In this document: in pieces, positions 25,833 through 39,648 of the stretch
Layout of the letters: the number at the start of each line of letters is the position of its first letter
Position numbering within the stretch: position 1 is the first letter of the stretch
From: Bispira polyomma
Lineage: Eukaryota
Direction: 5' to 3'
NCBI GenBank assembly: GCA_965649765.1
Contig: OZ287756.1
Location: 50,344,001-50,408,000 of the forward strand
DNA: 64,000 bases
Notes under the pieces: model-generated
Databases searched by the model: none
Told to the model about the DNA's origin: nothing
Seen by the model: only the letters and a program-made list of their open reading frames with translations
Position numbers and translations under genes: made by a program

Positions 25833-27246
25833 TGTATGGTAGATATTTTGACAATCAAATTGTGATGCAAATTTTTAAGTTCTGGGTTTATTAATCTGTA
25901 TTTTATAAATTTCCTCATTTGTTTTAAAAGTTATTTTTAAAATGTATAGCCAATGGTTTAGAACAAGATATCATCAAGACTGTGCTCTATTTATGGCAAT
26001 TTTCACTTTAATATGGCACTTGCCATTCGTAATACATGCACTATCAGCCGACACTAAAATATGTGTTATATTTTTAAGGATGAGAGTCCCAAAAATTAAA
26101 AACAGTTTAGCCATTGACCTGGATAGGTAAGAATTGGTATTGTATTTTGTTTAATATTTTTACACTCTTTATTTGTGAGAGGTATCTTCTAAAACCACAA
26201 CAACTAAATCAATAAACCAATCATGTGTCCTACAATATAGCCTGGGTCGTCACCAGTTAGCAATGATGTTTACATCTTGCCCAAGCATGTTATATCCCAC
26301 CAATGAACCTAGTGACATTAGCAGGATTAAAACTAGGGATCTTTCAATCATCAGATAAACTCCTTTAATCTAGAATCGAACCGGGGACCTTCCGATCACT
26401 AGACCAATTCCCTAACCAGTAATCTACTGTGCACCAATTTATGCATAAGTTTTAACAGATCATGCTTCACTGTCTGTTGTTAGTCCAGATTAATTTTATC
26501 AATTCCATTGACAATGTACTGTTGTCATGAATAATGAAAAAGTTATATTGTATAAATTGTTGTTGCACTGCATTTTATTCTAACAATATGATACTACAGA
26601 AAAAGTCTATTTATCTGAACGATGCTAAAGACATCAATTTTGGTCTGACAAACGGAATGTTTGTATGTTATTTTTGCTATCGGCAGTTTGACCCGGTTCC
26701 TAGAATCTTCCATTGTCGCCCCAGCCTCTTACAGCATGATAACAATATTCCATCCCAAAATACATTCAAACCTACCTTATACAAGTGGCGAGTGGCTGGT
26801 GTTTTACTATAATCCTTTCATTCAACAATTGGCCATTGTTTTGGTGGAAAAGACTGACAGCCTCTTGATGAATAGGTTGATTAAAATTCGCTTTTGTAAC
26901 ACAAATAAATGCTTTTAAATTAAAAAATATATATATACTTACATAGAAAATGATACTTGTTTTCTAGTGCTTTGTGTTATGAAATTTAACCCTCTGATAG
27001 AATATTGAATAAAATCCCTGATTATTGCCCACAGAACCGTTTTTATGAGACAAATGTTTTAAAAGTTGGGGGACATCGGTTTGGTTAAACTAGATTTACG
27101 GATGAATGGAGGTTGTATAAACAAGATTCTTCTGTACTCTTATTTAAGCTACTTAAGTTACTTTAAAATCCACAGCATAGGGTGAATAAGGTTGTTTAGA
27201 CTGATTATTTTATGATTGATGCCAAACTATAATGTTAATATTTCAG

Positions 27247-30200
27247 GACTGCATGCTTTTCTAATGAAAAACTTGATTCAGTGGCACAAAGTTTATTACC
27301 AGAGGAATATGGTCATCTGATTCCAGTTAAATGTACTGGCGATGGAAACTGTCTGTACAATGCCATGTCCATATTAATTTCTGGTAAATTAATAGTTAAG
27401 TAATTTTTTATGTTAGCTAGTGTGATGTTTAATGTCAGTATTGTTGCTGCCTTTATTAATTCTGCCATATGTTATTGTTTGGACTTGCCTGTATTTGTGT
27501 GTAGCAGAAAAACTGATTTTTTTTTCATGTGGAACAATTATATCAATATTCTATTATCAAACATAACAACGTTTCTGCTGTTGACAGGTGTCTCGCTTGT
27601 CTCATAGCATCCATTTCTGTTGCCCAAATATTTATCAAACATTTTAATCAAGGTCTGTAACTACAAAATTTAATATACTTGTACATTATTACTTATGTCA
27701 CAGCCATTCATGGCTATCCGTCAATCAGATGATGCATTTTTCTTGCCTGAGACTGAACCTCTGGAAATACACATAGATTTAGCCACTGTGGCCTAGTGGT
27801 TAACATACTCATTTAGGAACACAGAGGAGCTGGGTTTGATCCTAGTATGGGTTGACCAGATACACAAAGATACATAGTGGCTCAGATGACCACTCAAATG
27901 ACAGTCCTCTGTCATTAGGGCCTATCCCCAGTGGCAGGCTACAGATCCTTTTAGATGTTGATAAATTGTCACCCCAAGCCTCACACTTCAGGTAGGCGAA
28001 TGGTAGTTAACTGATGCTGGTTGGCTGTTTGCAGTCAAAAATAGGTTAATTAGTGCTTTGACTACCAGATAAAAGCATATAACTGTACTGAGTATCAATT
28101 TGAATAGAATAAAATATTTGCATTAGGAGCTTCTATCCTATAAGGCATACTACAGTATTCATATTTTGAAGTGTGAGTGTAAAGATTTACCACACATAAT
28201 TTGACTTCCTTTGGCCTTGAAGAAATTGCATGTTCATACACAGTACCTAACTCTATGTTTGGCATATTAACGGCTATTATATTAAGATTGAAAAAGGTTT
28301 TGTGAAATAATATTTACATATGGGAATAATTTGAGATGCTTTGGAGCTAAAATTTGAGTTTAGTTTCATTGTAAGTTTGGTATTTTGTCTTTACCTAAAG
28401 TCTATATATGGGCTATAGGTATTTTTTTCCCCGTACAACCAGATAGGCGGCCATCCAGGCAGCGTATGCTTATGTTTGTTTGGGCTAGTTCTTAGAAACC
28501 GAAGTAAGTTTATATTTAGTACAAGTATTTTTAGGGGGTTGTAGTTATGCAATGTCATGGTCTGATTTCACCCAAAGGCTGGGGGTTTGACATCCTTACG
28601 CTATTTTTTTTTTACAAAATTCAATATTCTTTATCATAACATAATTGTGTCATTTAAAATCATGTACTAATTGCCTGACTGGTAATCTGTCTTAGGTGAT
28701 GAATCCCTCAGTGACTACCTTCGCAAAGAGAGTTCAAAAGAACTGCAAACAAACTCAGAGCATTATGCAAAATACATAAAATATCATATTGAGTGTAACA
28801 ACCAAAATGGTGTTTTTGATGATGAAACATTGTTTCATTCAATGCTTTCGGAAGACACAGTAAAGATATATGAAAATGTGAAGAAAGACAAAATAAAACT
28901 GCTACAAATTGAAGTTGATCTATCCATAGTTTCTGGAAGGTGGAGTACGTTTATCAACTTATTCCCCTTGAGCACAGTTTCCAGAAGGAATTTATGTTCA
29001 GTTTACCCAACCAAAAATCCACCATTAAGATCGGTCTACAATTCTACCATAACCTCAAGGTGCAAGACTACACAACCTGATGCCCATATATTGTGGTCCA
29101 GAGATGGCATGTTAGAGAAGGGAATGTACACACCAAATCATTTTGTGCCTTTATTACCACTAACTCTACCAACAGTTTTAGATTTAGATGATAGTTTTGA
29201 TGAAATATTGTCTCAACTAGATTTGGCAAATGTGACAATGGATTCCTCAATCAGCCTGCTTACACCTGACATAAGTGTAAGTAACACTGATTTAGCCCAA
29301 CAGGACATGACCAACATTCATGAGGAAAATAACAAAATACAAAAACCTAATGAGGATCAAACTGTTCAACATGAACGCATCAATACTGGAGATGAGAGCT
29401 CTACAGAGGATCAAACTGTTCAACATGAACGCATTAAGACCCAAAATGAAAACTCTACTGAGGATCAACCTGTTCAACATGAACACATTAATACTGAAGA
29501 TGAAAGCTCTACTGAGGATCCAACTGTTCAACATGAACGCATTAATACTGAAGATGAAAGCTCTACTGAGGATCCAACTGTTCAACATGAACGCATTAAT
29601 ACTGAAGATGGTAGCTCTACTGAGCATCAAACTGTTCAACATGAACGCATCAGTACTGAAGATGAAAGCTCGAATGAGCATCAAACTGTTCAACATGAAC
29701 GCATCAATACTGAAGATGAAAACTCTACTGAGCATCAAACTGTTCAACATGAAAACATTATTACTCAAGATGAAGGCTCTACTGATGATCAAACTGTTCA
29801 ACATGAACACATCAATACTGAAGATGGTAGCTCTACTGAGGATGAACCTGTTCAACATAAACGCATTAATACACAAGATGCAAGTTCTACTGAGGATCAA
29901 AATGTTCAACATGAACGCATCAGTACCCAAAATGAAAACTCTACTGAGGATCCAACTGTTCAACTTGAACACATTAATGCTGAAGATGAAAGCTCGAATG
30001 AGCATCAAACTGTCCAGCATGAACGCATCAATACTCAAGATGAAAATTCTACTGAGCATCAAACTGTTCAACATGAACGCATTAATACTGAAGATGAAAG
30101 CTCTACTAAGGATCAAACTGTTCAACATGAACGCATCAGTACCCAAAATGAAAACTCTACTGAGCATCAAACTGTTCAACATGAAAACATTAATACTCAA

Positions 30201-33200
30201 GATGAAGGTTCTACTGATGATCAAACTGTTCAACATGAACACATCAATACTGAAGATGGTAACTCTACTGAGGATCAACCTGTTCAACATAAACGCATTA
30301 ATACACAAGATGCAAGTTCTACTGAGGATCAAAATGTTCAACATGAACCCATCAGTACCCAAAATGAAAACTCTACTGAGGATCCAACTGTTCAACATGA
30401 ACACATTAATACTGAAGATGAAAGCTCGAATGAGCATCAAACTGTTCAACATGAACGCATCAATACTGAAGATGAAAGTTCTACTGAGCATCAAACTGTT
30501 CAACATGAACGCATTAATACTGAAGATGAAAGTTCTACTGAGCATCAAACTGTTCAAGTTGAACGCATTAATATCCAAGATGAAAGTTCTACTGATGATC
30601 AAACTGTTCAACATAGATGCATTAATACCCAAGATGGAAGCTCTACTGATGATCAAACTGTTCAACATGAATGCATTAATACCCAAGATGAAAGCTATTC
30701 AGAGGATCAAACTATTCAACATGAACCCATTAATAACCAACATGAAAGTTCTACGGAAGATCCAATTGTTCAACTTAAACGCATTAATATCCAAGATGAA
30801 AGTTCTACTGATGATCAAACTGTTCAACATGAATGCAATAATACCCAAGATGAAAGCTCTACTGAGGATCAAACTGTTCAACGTGAACGCAATAATACCA
30901 AAGATGAAAGTTCTACTGGTGATCCAACTGTTCAACATAAACGCTTTAATACCCAAGATGAAAGCTGTACTCGTTATCTAACTGTTCAACTGGAACGCAT
31001 TAATACTGTAGATGAATGCTCTACTGATGATCAAACTCTTCAAGATGGATGCATCAATGCCCAAAATGAAAACTTTACTGAGGTTAAACGGCTCAAAAAG
31101 AAAAGGATCAGTATCCAAGATACTAAAACCAAGAAAAAGCTGTTTAAAAGTGTTACAAAATCAGTAAGAAATAATTGTAACACAAAGGTTAAAGAAAATA
31201 AATATATCAATGTTGCAAGTGTTTTTAAGAAAGGCCAAAAAAGACAAATATCTGAAAATGATTGTAGTTTAGATATATTGGCAAAGGCATTAAAGAGGAA
31301 AAAAACTATATTAAATGACACAAGAAATGGTCTAGAATCATCTGACAATGACTCAGACATTAGCTTGGACTCTGATATTGAATGTGTTCAATCAGATGAT
31401 GATGATGATCCAGCTGAAACATTTACAGACAGCCTGACATGGAAAAGTAAATGTTTTCCAATGAAAAAGCCCAAATTTGCTGGTCCGGCTCCAGGAGTGA
31501 GCAAAGATTTTGTTTTGGATAAGGATGCAAAAGAATTAGACTTTTTTTTCAGTTTTTTTCCAGAAGCAATGCTTTCTGAAATGGCCAAAAATGCAAATAA
31601 GTATGTACCAATCTACAGTACATTGCATTCCAAATTATCAGATGACCCATACATTGACAAGGACTTCAAACCTATAACAGAAAGTGATATCAGAGCTTTC
31701 TTTACCTGCAGGATGGTGATGGGGGTAACAAAACTACCTCATACTGATGATTATTGGTCCACAGATCCAGCCATGAGGAATAATTATATCAGCAGAATAT
31801 TGTCACGAAGCAAGTATAGGCAAGTAAACCGCTACTTCCACATTAATGATCCTACAAAAGACCCTGCACGGTTAACCAACAGAAAGGCCAAAACTGAAGG
31901 TATGGCCAATGATCCACTGTATAAAATTCGCCCATTGCTTGACAGCATCAGAGCACAATGTTTGAAGTTATATAATCTGAATCAGGAAATATCAGTTGAT
32001 GAGGCAATGATTAAGTTCCATGGTCAACATTTTGGCACTATCGGAGCACCACATAAACCCGCCAAACGAGGGTTTTGCATCTTTGCATTAGCTGATGGGC
32101 ACAATGGTTACTTTTCCAACTTTGAGGTATACCTTAGAAAAAAAGAAAAAGAAGTGGGTCTCACTACTCGTGTTGTAGAAGACCTGGCAAGACCATTCTA
32201 CAACAGGCAACATATAATTTTTGTGGACAAATTCTATACGTCAACGAATTTAGCATTGTCATTATTAAATAAAGGGACCCAGTTAAATGGATCATTTAAC
32301 AAAGCCCGTAAAAATTGGCCAGAGGATTTGAAGCCAAACTGCAGTGTCCGAAAGAAGGTTGATCCTGTCAGAACATTGGAAAGAGGGCAGTGCATATACA
32401 GACAGACAGAAAACGGAAAGCTAGTAGCATGCATATGGAAAGATTCTTCCTTGGTCTACAACCTAAACACATGCTACAATATCAATGTGAAGATCACAAA
32501 TGTTAAAAGAAAGACCAGGTTAAATGGAGCATGGATTGTGGATGATCTCCCCTGTCCTGAACCCATCAAAGAGTTTAACAGATTTATGGGGGGAGTAGAC
32601 CAACATGACCACCTGAGAAGTAGTTACACTGTTCAAAGAAAAGCAAAAAAGTGGTGGCATTATTTTGCCTGGTTTGCGATTGACATATCGTTGATCAATG
32701 CATATATACTATGGAAGCTGACCCACAAAGGGACTCACAAAACTTTCAGTTAGAGGTGATTTTGAAATATAAGTTGAATTTTGTTTATCTGTTTGACTTC
32801 TTTGCTTGTTACACTGTCTTGCAGGAAATTTTGAAATTTATTTATTTTTGGTTTATTATTTTTGTTTCTGTTTTTACAATTTCAAACATGCATAGCCAAA
32901 TACAGTTTACAAGTTATTTTGTCATCTTTTTCTTCAGAAATGGTGTCTTATAAAGATTGCAGAGCTGGGGCCATATTCGCAAAAGGGATCAGTGAAAGTG
33001 AAAAATTTGAAAACAAAAATTGGCTGAGCAAAAGATGAGCGAACAATAAGCTCAAATGTTTAGATCAGATCAAATTTGGTATTCACTTTAAAGTTGAGTT
33101 GATTTTTCACTCATCTTACAATACTAAATATTGCTTGAAATTTGTTATATAAGCTATTATATGTCTTTATAATCGTTTGTCCAGCCAAAATAAAGCCTAG

Positions 33201-34765
33201 TACTTCCAAGTTTAGTTTTCTGCCAGGTGATCAAAATTATGGCTATATCAAGATTATGGTCACTGACGATACAATTTAAATGGAAAGGAATTCATATAAC
33301 AGCTGTTTAATATGTACAAAAAACTTAAAAATTGTGTTTTAGTTGTTAAAACTGATATAATTTTTGGCTTAGCTGATCCTTGCTTTGTGAATACCAATTT
33401 GATCGAAAGCTCAGCTAAGCCTTTTTGAAAGCTGATCTTGAGCTGATTTTTCGCTCAACTTGATCCATGTTTGTAAACATGGCCCCTTGCAGTTTAATAT
33501 TAGTTCAAAAGCTTGGATTGTTTTGGCCAGTTTATTAATTTGGATGAATAGCTATTTATAATAATATTTGGTGGTGGTTTTGTTATTTTACAAAGGATGC
33601 ATAACTTTTAGATAATTTACAGCTGCCAAATTTCAACCTGTTATTGATTGTAATACTTACATAGGTTGCTAAGCAGCTGTCAGGACAAAATTTTATATGT
33701 TAAAGTTTTAGTGCAGGTCGATTATGTTGAATGTTTGGCATGATATTTGGTGGTGGTTTTATTAATTTACACAGGATGCACAAGTACAGCCAATTTATAG
33801 CCGACAAATTTTAACCTGTTATTACTTGATTTTTTTTAGGTTGCTAAGCAGCTCTCAGGAGAGTTCACACGGACAAATCGCCAAAACCAAGAAAGAGACA
33901 TTGGGCCTCAAGCCGAAGGACATACTAGAACCGTATTCAAAGGGCGACCGAGAATCTGTCTGCAATGCAAACGGGAGGGAAAGAAGACACAACGTGGGCG
34001 GTGTCCAGAGACACCACTGGGTTGTCTCGACTGTGGTGTCCATGTTCACAAGTAATTTTTTATTTCATATGGATGTATTCATAATTAAGTTATTGTCAGC
34101 ACTACAACACCTGTTCTCCACTGTATACACCAGTAACTGCAATTCCCTAACTAGGCCGCAATAGCAGTTAGGTGCATTACCAATATACTATCAGTCATGT
34201 TTTAACTTGGTTAAAGTATGTTTATATTATATTTTGGATATTGACTTTCCACAAACTTGTCTTTTTTTTGTTGAGTAAATTTTTTAAGGAAAAGATATGA
34301 AAGATATGTTTTTTGATAAATATGTGCAGTGAACAGTTTATGTTACTTAAATAATATGATTCTGTTATTTTACGTGCATAAATGTGAAATGGGGTTGATT
34401 GGTATTTTAGAATGTTTCCCTTCAAATACAATGCAATTTAATGCCATCGTATTATTAGTTGCATGAAAACGTTTGTATTAAATGATATCTATGTGTATTA
34501 TTACAGACAATGCTTCATTGCATTTCACAAGGGTGAATGTTACAGATCAAAGTCAAAAATTATTAATTTTGACAAATCCACACAGTGCCCAGAAGAAAAG
34601 CATGACCAGGAAAGTTTTGATCAAATTCATACAGACTTCCCTGTGGAGAAGAAAGACCATGTAAATGATAAACATCAACGCTCAAAGCGTGTGCATACAG
34701 ATGCAGCACTCGAACCAAATGAGAGACAGAAGCGTTCAAAACGTGGGCGTAAGAAAAAGTTGTAA
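27247..34765 (+). CDS. Spliced OTU/vertnin-like protease - 18-aa repeat - piggyBac DDD transposase - Cys-rich domain fusion; exons 27247-27383, 28696-32755, 33840-34051, 34507-34765 (upstream exons not identified; 1-nt frameshift near 32740)
   Basis: GT-AG introns with matching phases; CTGDGNCLYNAMS...SVYP...ILWS...PNHFVPL (OTU/vertnin); SVDEAM, VDKFYTS and MGGVDQHD (piggyBac DDD); CLQC...CLDCGVHVHKQCFIAFH (CRD). Confidence 0.85.
27781..28000 (+). mobile_element. Degenerate tRNA-headed SINE within an intron
   Basis: A-box-like TGGCCTAGTGGTTAA and B-box-like GGGTTTGATCC. Confidence 0.5.
29350..31082 (+). repeat. In-frame 54-bp coding minisatellite (EDQTVQHERINTEDESST, ~32 units)
   Basis: Visible directly in the DNA and in the 1307-aa ORF. 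Confidence 0.95.
32965..33486. mobile_element. MITE (PIF/Harbinger-like) in a transposase intron
   Basis: GGGGCCATATTCGCAAAAGGGATCA ... TGATCCATGTTTGTAAACATGGCCCC. Confidence 0.75.
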
Positions 34766-35090
34766 GTTAAATAAAATGCCAGAACATGAAATAATAATTG
34801 GGCCTTAGTTGTAAAGTTAAAAATTTTAAAAATGTATTTCGGCTGTTTAGTATGTTTAAGTGATGTTATCAACGAGTTTTGCCTTAGAAAGGTAGGTGAA
34901 ACTCGTTAATGTAGTGGTTTTTGATCGGTAGGACAGTATTGTTACCTAATTTGTTTTCATTTTTGGAGCTGATTTCGGTCTAATATACATCTTTTAGGGC
35001 AAAAATAATGCACCTGTTTAGATATTTGCAAAATGTACTTTATTTTTCTTTAATAATTGAAGGTTTACCAGTGTGACCTACCTGGATAAC

Positions 35091-35699
35091 CCTGGGGCCG
35101 TATTCACAAAAGGGATCAGCTCAAATCTGAAAAAAAGATTAACTTTTACTCAACTTTTGGCTCAGCTCCAACTTGGTATTCACAAAAAAAATTAGCTGAT
35201 ATTTGGCTCAACGTTTTGCTCAACTTTAATCCCTGCAGGTAGCTGGTTTAAATTTGGATCAGTGTGTATCAAATATGGCGGAATTCAGTTGTGTGAAAGA
35301 ACTAGTTTATTTTTCATCAAGGAGTCTCCACCGCCAGCGTATTTTCCGTGACCGTATGAACCCACTTCATTACCTAAGTGATGAAAATTATATTCAAAGT
35401 ATAGGTTTAGCAGAATGGAATATTGTTTTTAATAGAAGTTTTACAGAATCAACTAAGTCGGCCCACCAATCGATCACACTCTGTTCCTATCCATCTGCAT
35501 ATTCTGGCTTCCGTGTATTATTTGGCAAGTGGCAGCCATAATTGCAGACGATAATGTATTGGAAGTATGAAGTTTGTTTACATCTCACATTTTCACGCGT
35601 GATCTTAGCTTACACCGTATCAAATAGTTGAGCTCTTTGGCTCATATTTGAGCTGATCTTAAGCTGATCTTGAGCCATTTTAGTGAATACGACCCCAGG
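35091..35699 (+). mobile_element. Internally deleted PIF/Harbinger transposon
   Basis: TIR CCTGGGGCCGTATTCAC / GTGAATACGACCCCAGG; internal RQRIFRDRMNPLHYLSDE resembles the Harbinger transposase N-terminus. Confidence 0.75.
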
Positions 35700-35879
35700 A
35701 ACCAGTAATTAATGCTTGTTCCTGTTGTTTATTACCATTTACGTGCATGCGCACAGGTCACGAAAGCACATCTCGTTTGTTATGTTTGGTATTATCGCCT
35801 GCATTCTCGCCAACATTGCTCATGTCAAAAAAACAAATTTCATAATATTTAACATAAACTTATTTTTAAGCCTGAAACT

Positions 35880-36296
35880 ATTATGTTGATGGTTGTATAT
35901 TCCTTAATGTACACAAGGGCTTCTATTGGGCCAGAGGTTAATAATGTTGATGATTGTATATTCCTTGATGTACACAATGGCTTCTGTTGGGCCAGAGGTT
36001 GTTGATAGTTTTATATTCGTTACTGTACACGAGGCTTCTATTGGGCCAGAGGTTAATAATGTTGATGATTTTATCACCCTTAATATACACAAGGGCTTCT
36101 ATTGGGCCAGATGTTAATAATGTTGATGATTGTATATTCCTTAATATACACAAGGGCTTCTATTGGGCCAGATGTTAATAATGTTGATGATTGTATATTC
36201 CTTAATATACACTAGGGCTTCTATTGGGCCAGAGGTTAATAATGTTGATGGTTGTATATTCCTTAATATTCATTAGGGCTTCTATTGGGCCAGATG
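35880..36296. repeat. ~61-bp tandem repeat, ~7 copies
   Basis: GGGCTTCTATTGGGCCAGAGGTTAATAATGTTGATGATTGTATATTCCTTAATATACACAA. Confidence 0.9.
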
Positions 36297-37193
36297 TATG
36301 GCTATAATGAAATTTCTTGATTTTTTCTTGATGCACTTGACTTACACTTGTAATTATTTTTATATGCAATTTAAGTGATTTTAACTAGTGGGTATTTTGT
36401 TCATATTTTGTAAATAACTTGTTTATATTTTGTTTGGTTTGGTACTTGACTTTTTTTAGTTGTAGTAGAAGCTTTTCACTAGAACAAAATTGTCTTTGAT
36501 AAACATATATTTGTGTTTACCGGATTTTACTTGGTTTTTATAATTTTGTAGTTTTAACTTTTATTGTATCTTTTGGTGGTAATAATTCTTGAGATTTAGT
36601 AAATTATCTGTTCAAAGTTAAAAAAAAAAATAACCTTTTTACGGACATTTTTAGTATAAACTCAGTTAAACTTCAAATTTTTATAAAGGACTTAATCCTG
36701 CTAGGATATTTAGTAGTTTAAAATGATCATATTGTATTCTGTGTACATGGAATTGTCCACTAAAACAAGCGATTGTATCTATATTTACAACCTGTGAGGG
36801 ATATCTTCCATGGTGAAAAAAATAAAATATGCTCTTTTTATGCATTTTTGTTTTACTGTGGTTTTGACAATTAGTACATAAAGTATTGTCTTTGCAGAGT
36901 TTTAGGTATGACTATATATTAAATCAAGGCCATAATGTTAAAATGTACAGTCTAACCCTGTTATTTCGAATTTAAAGGAACCACCCGACTTACTTCGACA
37001 TAAGCAGAACTCGAGTCCATGGGCGATAATGAAAGATTTTAACCAAATACATTTTATATGCATTTTGAATTAAAATCGTTGAAGTGAATGATAAATAAAG
37101 ACATATAATTTAATGCAACTGTTTATCCTTTTTTATGCAACAAAACAATAAAATTCTTAACAAAGGTTGATTTTTATGAGGATAACTTTCGTG

Positions 37194-39648
37194 ACATTGG
37201 CCAATAACAGATTTTGTCACAAGTATCTTTACCTTAACACAACAAACATACAAAATTACACATTGGCTAATAACCGATTTTGTCAAACGTATGTTCACCG
37301 TAACACAGCAAACATACAAAATTACACATTGGCCAATAACAGATTTTGTCAAATGTATCGTTACCTTAACACAACAAACATACAAAATTACACATTGGCT
37401 AATAACCGATTTTGTCAAATGTATGTTCACCTTAACACAGCAAACATACAAAATTACACATTGGCCAATAACAGATTTTGTCAAAGGTATCTTTACCTTA
37501 ACACAACAAACATACAAAATTACACATTGGCTAATAACCGATTTTGTCAAATGTATGTTCGTTCACCTTAACACAGCAAACATACAAAATTACACATTGG
37601 CCAATAACAGATTTTGTCAAATGTATCTTTACCTTAACACAACAAACATACAAAATTACACATTGGCTAATAACAGATTTTGTCAAATGTATGTTCACCT
37701 TAACACAGCAAACATACAAAATTACACATTGGCCAATAACAGATTTTGTCAAATGTATCTTTACCTTAACACAACAAACATACAAAATTACACATTGGCT
37801 AATAACAGATTTTGTCAAATGTATGTTTGCTAATAACAGATTTTGCCGCATGTATCTTTACCTTAACACAACAAACATACAAAATTACATATTGGCCAAT
37901 AACAGATTTTGTCACACTTAGGTTCACCTAAACACAGCAAACATACAAAATTACACATTGGCCAATAACAGATTTTGTAACACTTAGGTTCACCTAAACA
38001 CAACAAACATACAAAATTACACATTGGCTAATAACAGATTTTGTCACAAGTATCTCTGCCTTAACACAACAAACATACAAAATTACACATTGGCCAATAA
38101 CAGATTTTGTCACATGTGTCTTTACCTTAACACAGCAAACATACAAAATTACACATTGGCCAATAACAGATTTGGTCAAATGTATGTTCACCTTAACACA
38201 GCAAACATACAAAATTACACATTGGCCAATAACAGATTTTGTCAAATGTATCTTTACCTTAACACAGCAAACATAGAAAATTACACATTGGCCAATAACA
38301 GATTTTGTCACACTTAGGTTCACCTAAACACAACAAACATACAAAATTACACATTGGCCAATAACAGATTTTGTCACAAGTATCGTTACCTTAACACAGC
38401 AAACATACAAAATTACACATTGGCTAATAACAGATTTTGTCAAATGTATCTTTACCTTAACACAACAAACATACAAAATTACACATTGGCCAATAACAGA
38501 TTTTGTCACATGTATCTTTACCTTAACACAGCAAACATACAAAATTACACATTGGCCAATAACAGATTTTGTCAAATGTATGTTCACCTTAACACAGCAA
38601 ACATACAAAATTACACATTGGTCAATAACAGATTTTGTCAAATGTATCTTTACCTTAACACAACAAACATACAAAATTACACATTGGCTAATAACCGATT
38701 TTGTCAAATGTATGTTCACCTTAACACAGCAAATATACAAAATTACACATTGGCCAATAACAGATTTTGTCAAATGTATCTTTACCTTTACACAACAAAC
38801 ATACAAAATTACACATTGGCTAATAACAGATTTTGTCAAATGTATGTTTGCTAATAACAGATTTTGCCGCATGTATCTTTACCTTAACACAACAAACATA
38901 CAAAATTACATATTGGCCAATAACAGATTTTGTCACACTTAGGTTCACCTAAACACAGCAAACATACAAAATTACACATTGGCCAATAACAGATTTTGTA
39001 ACACTTAGGTTCACCTAAACACAACAAACATACAAAATTACACATTGGCCAATAACAGATTTTGTCACGTATCTTTACCTTAACACAGCAAACATACAAA
39101 ATTACACATTGGCCAATAACAGATTTGGTCAAATGTATGTTCACCTTAACACAGCAAACATACAAAATTACACATTGGCCAATAACAGATTTTGTCAAAT
39201 GTATCTTTACCTTAACACAGCAAACATACAAAATTACACATTGGCCAATAACAGATTTTGTCACACTTAGGTTCACCTAAACACAACAAACATACAAAAT
39301 TACACATTGGCCAATAACAGATTTTGTCACAAGTATCTTTACCTTAACACAACAAACATACAAAATTACACATTGGCTAATAACAGATTTTGTCACAAGT
39401 ATCGTTACCTTAACACAGCAAACATACAAAATTACACATTGGCCAATAACAGATTTTGTCAAATGTATCTTTACCTTAACACAACAAACATACAAAATTA
39501 CACATTGGCCAATAACAGATTTTGTCACATGTATCTTTACCTTAACACAGCAAACATACAAAATTACACATTGGCCAATAACAGATTTTGTCAAATGTAT
39601 GTTCACCTTAACACAGCAAACATACAAAATTACACATTGGCCAATAAA
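37194..39648. repeat. 66-bp satellite, ~37 copies, inside the right end of the piggyBac
   Basis: Unit AAATTACACATTGGCCAATAACAGATTTTGTCAAATGTATCTTTACCTTAACACAACAAACATACA. Confidence 0.95.

Noticed and set aside
23640-26920. Upstream exons of the OTU-transposase gene (candidates near 24350, 25950 and 26640)
   Set aside because: Short AG/GT-bounded or Cys-containing stretches exist, but no consistent phase chain to 27247 could be established by eye
29292-30981. 464-aa (-) and 553-aa (+) overlapping ORFs
   Set aside because: Shadow frames of the 54-bp repeat inside the transposase exon
37194-39648. CRISPR array or the many 100-180 aa ORFs in this tract
   Set aside because: Units are contiguous near-identical 66-mers without unique spacers; the ORFs arise because the period is a multiple of 3; eukaryotic context with no cas genes
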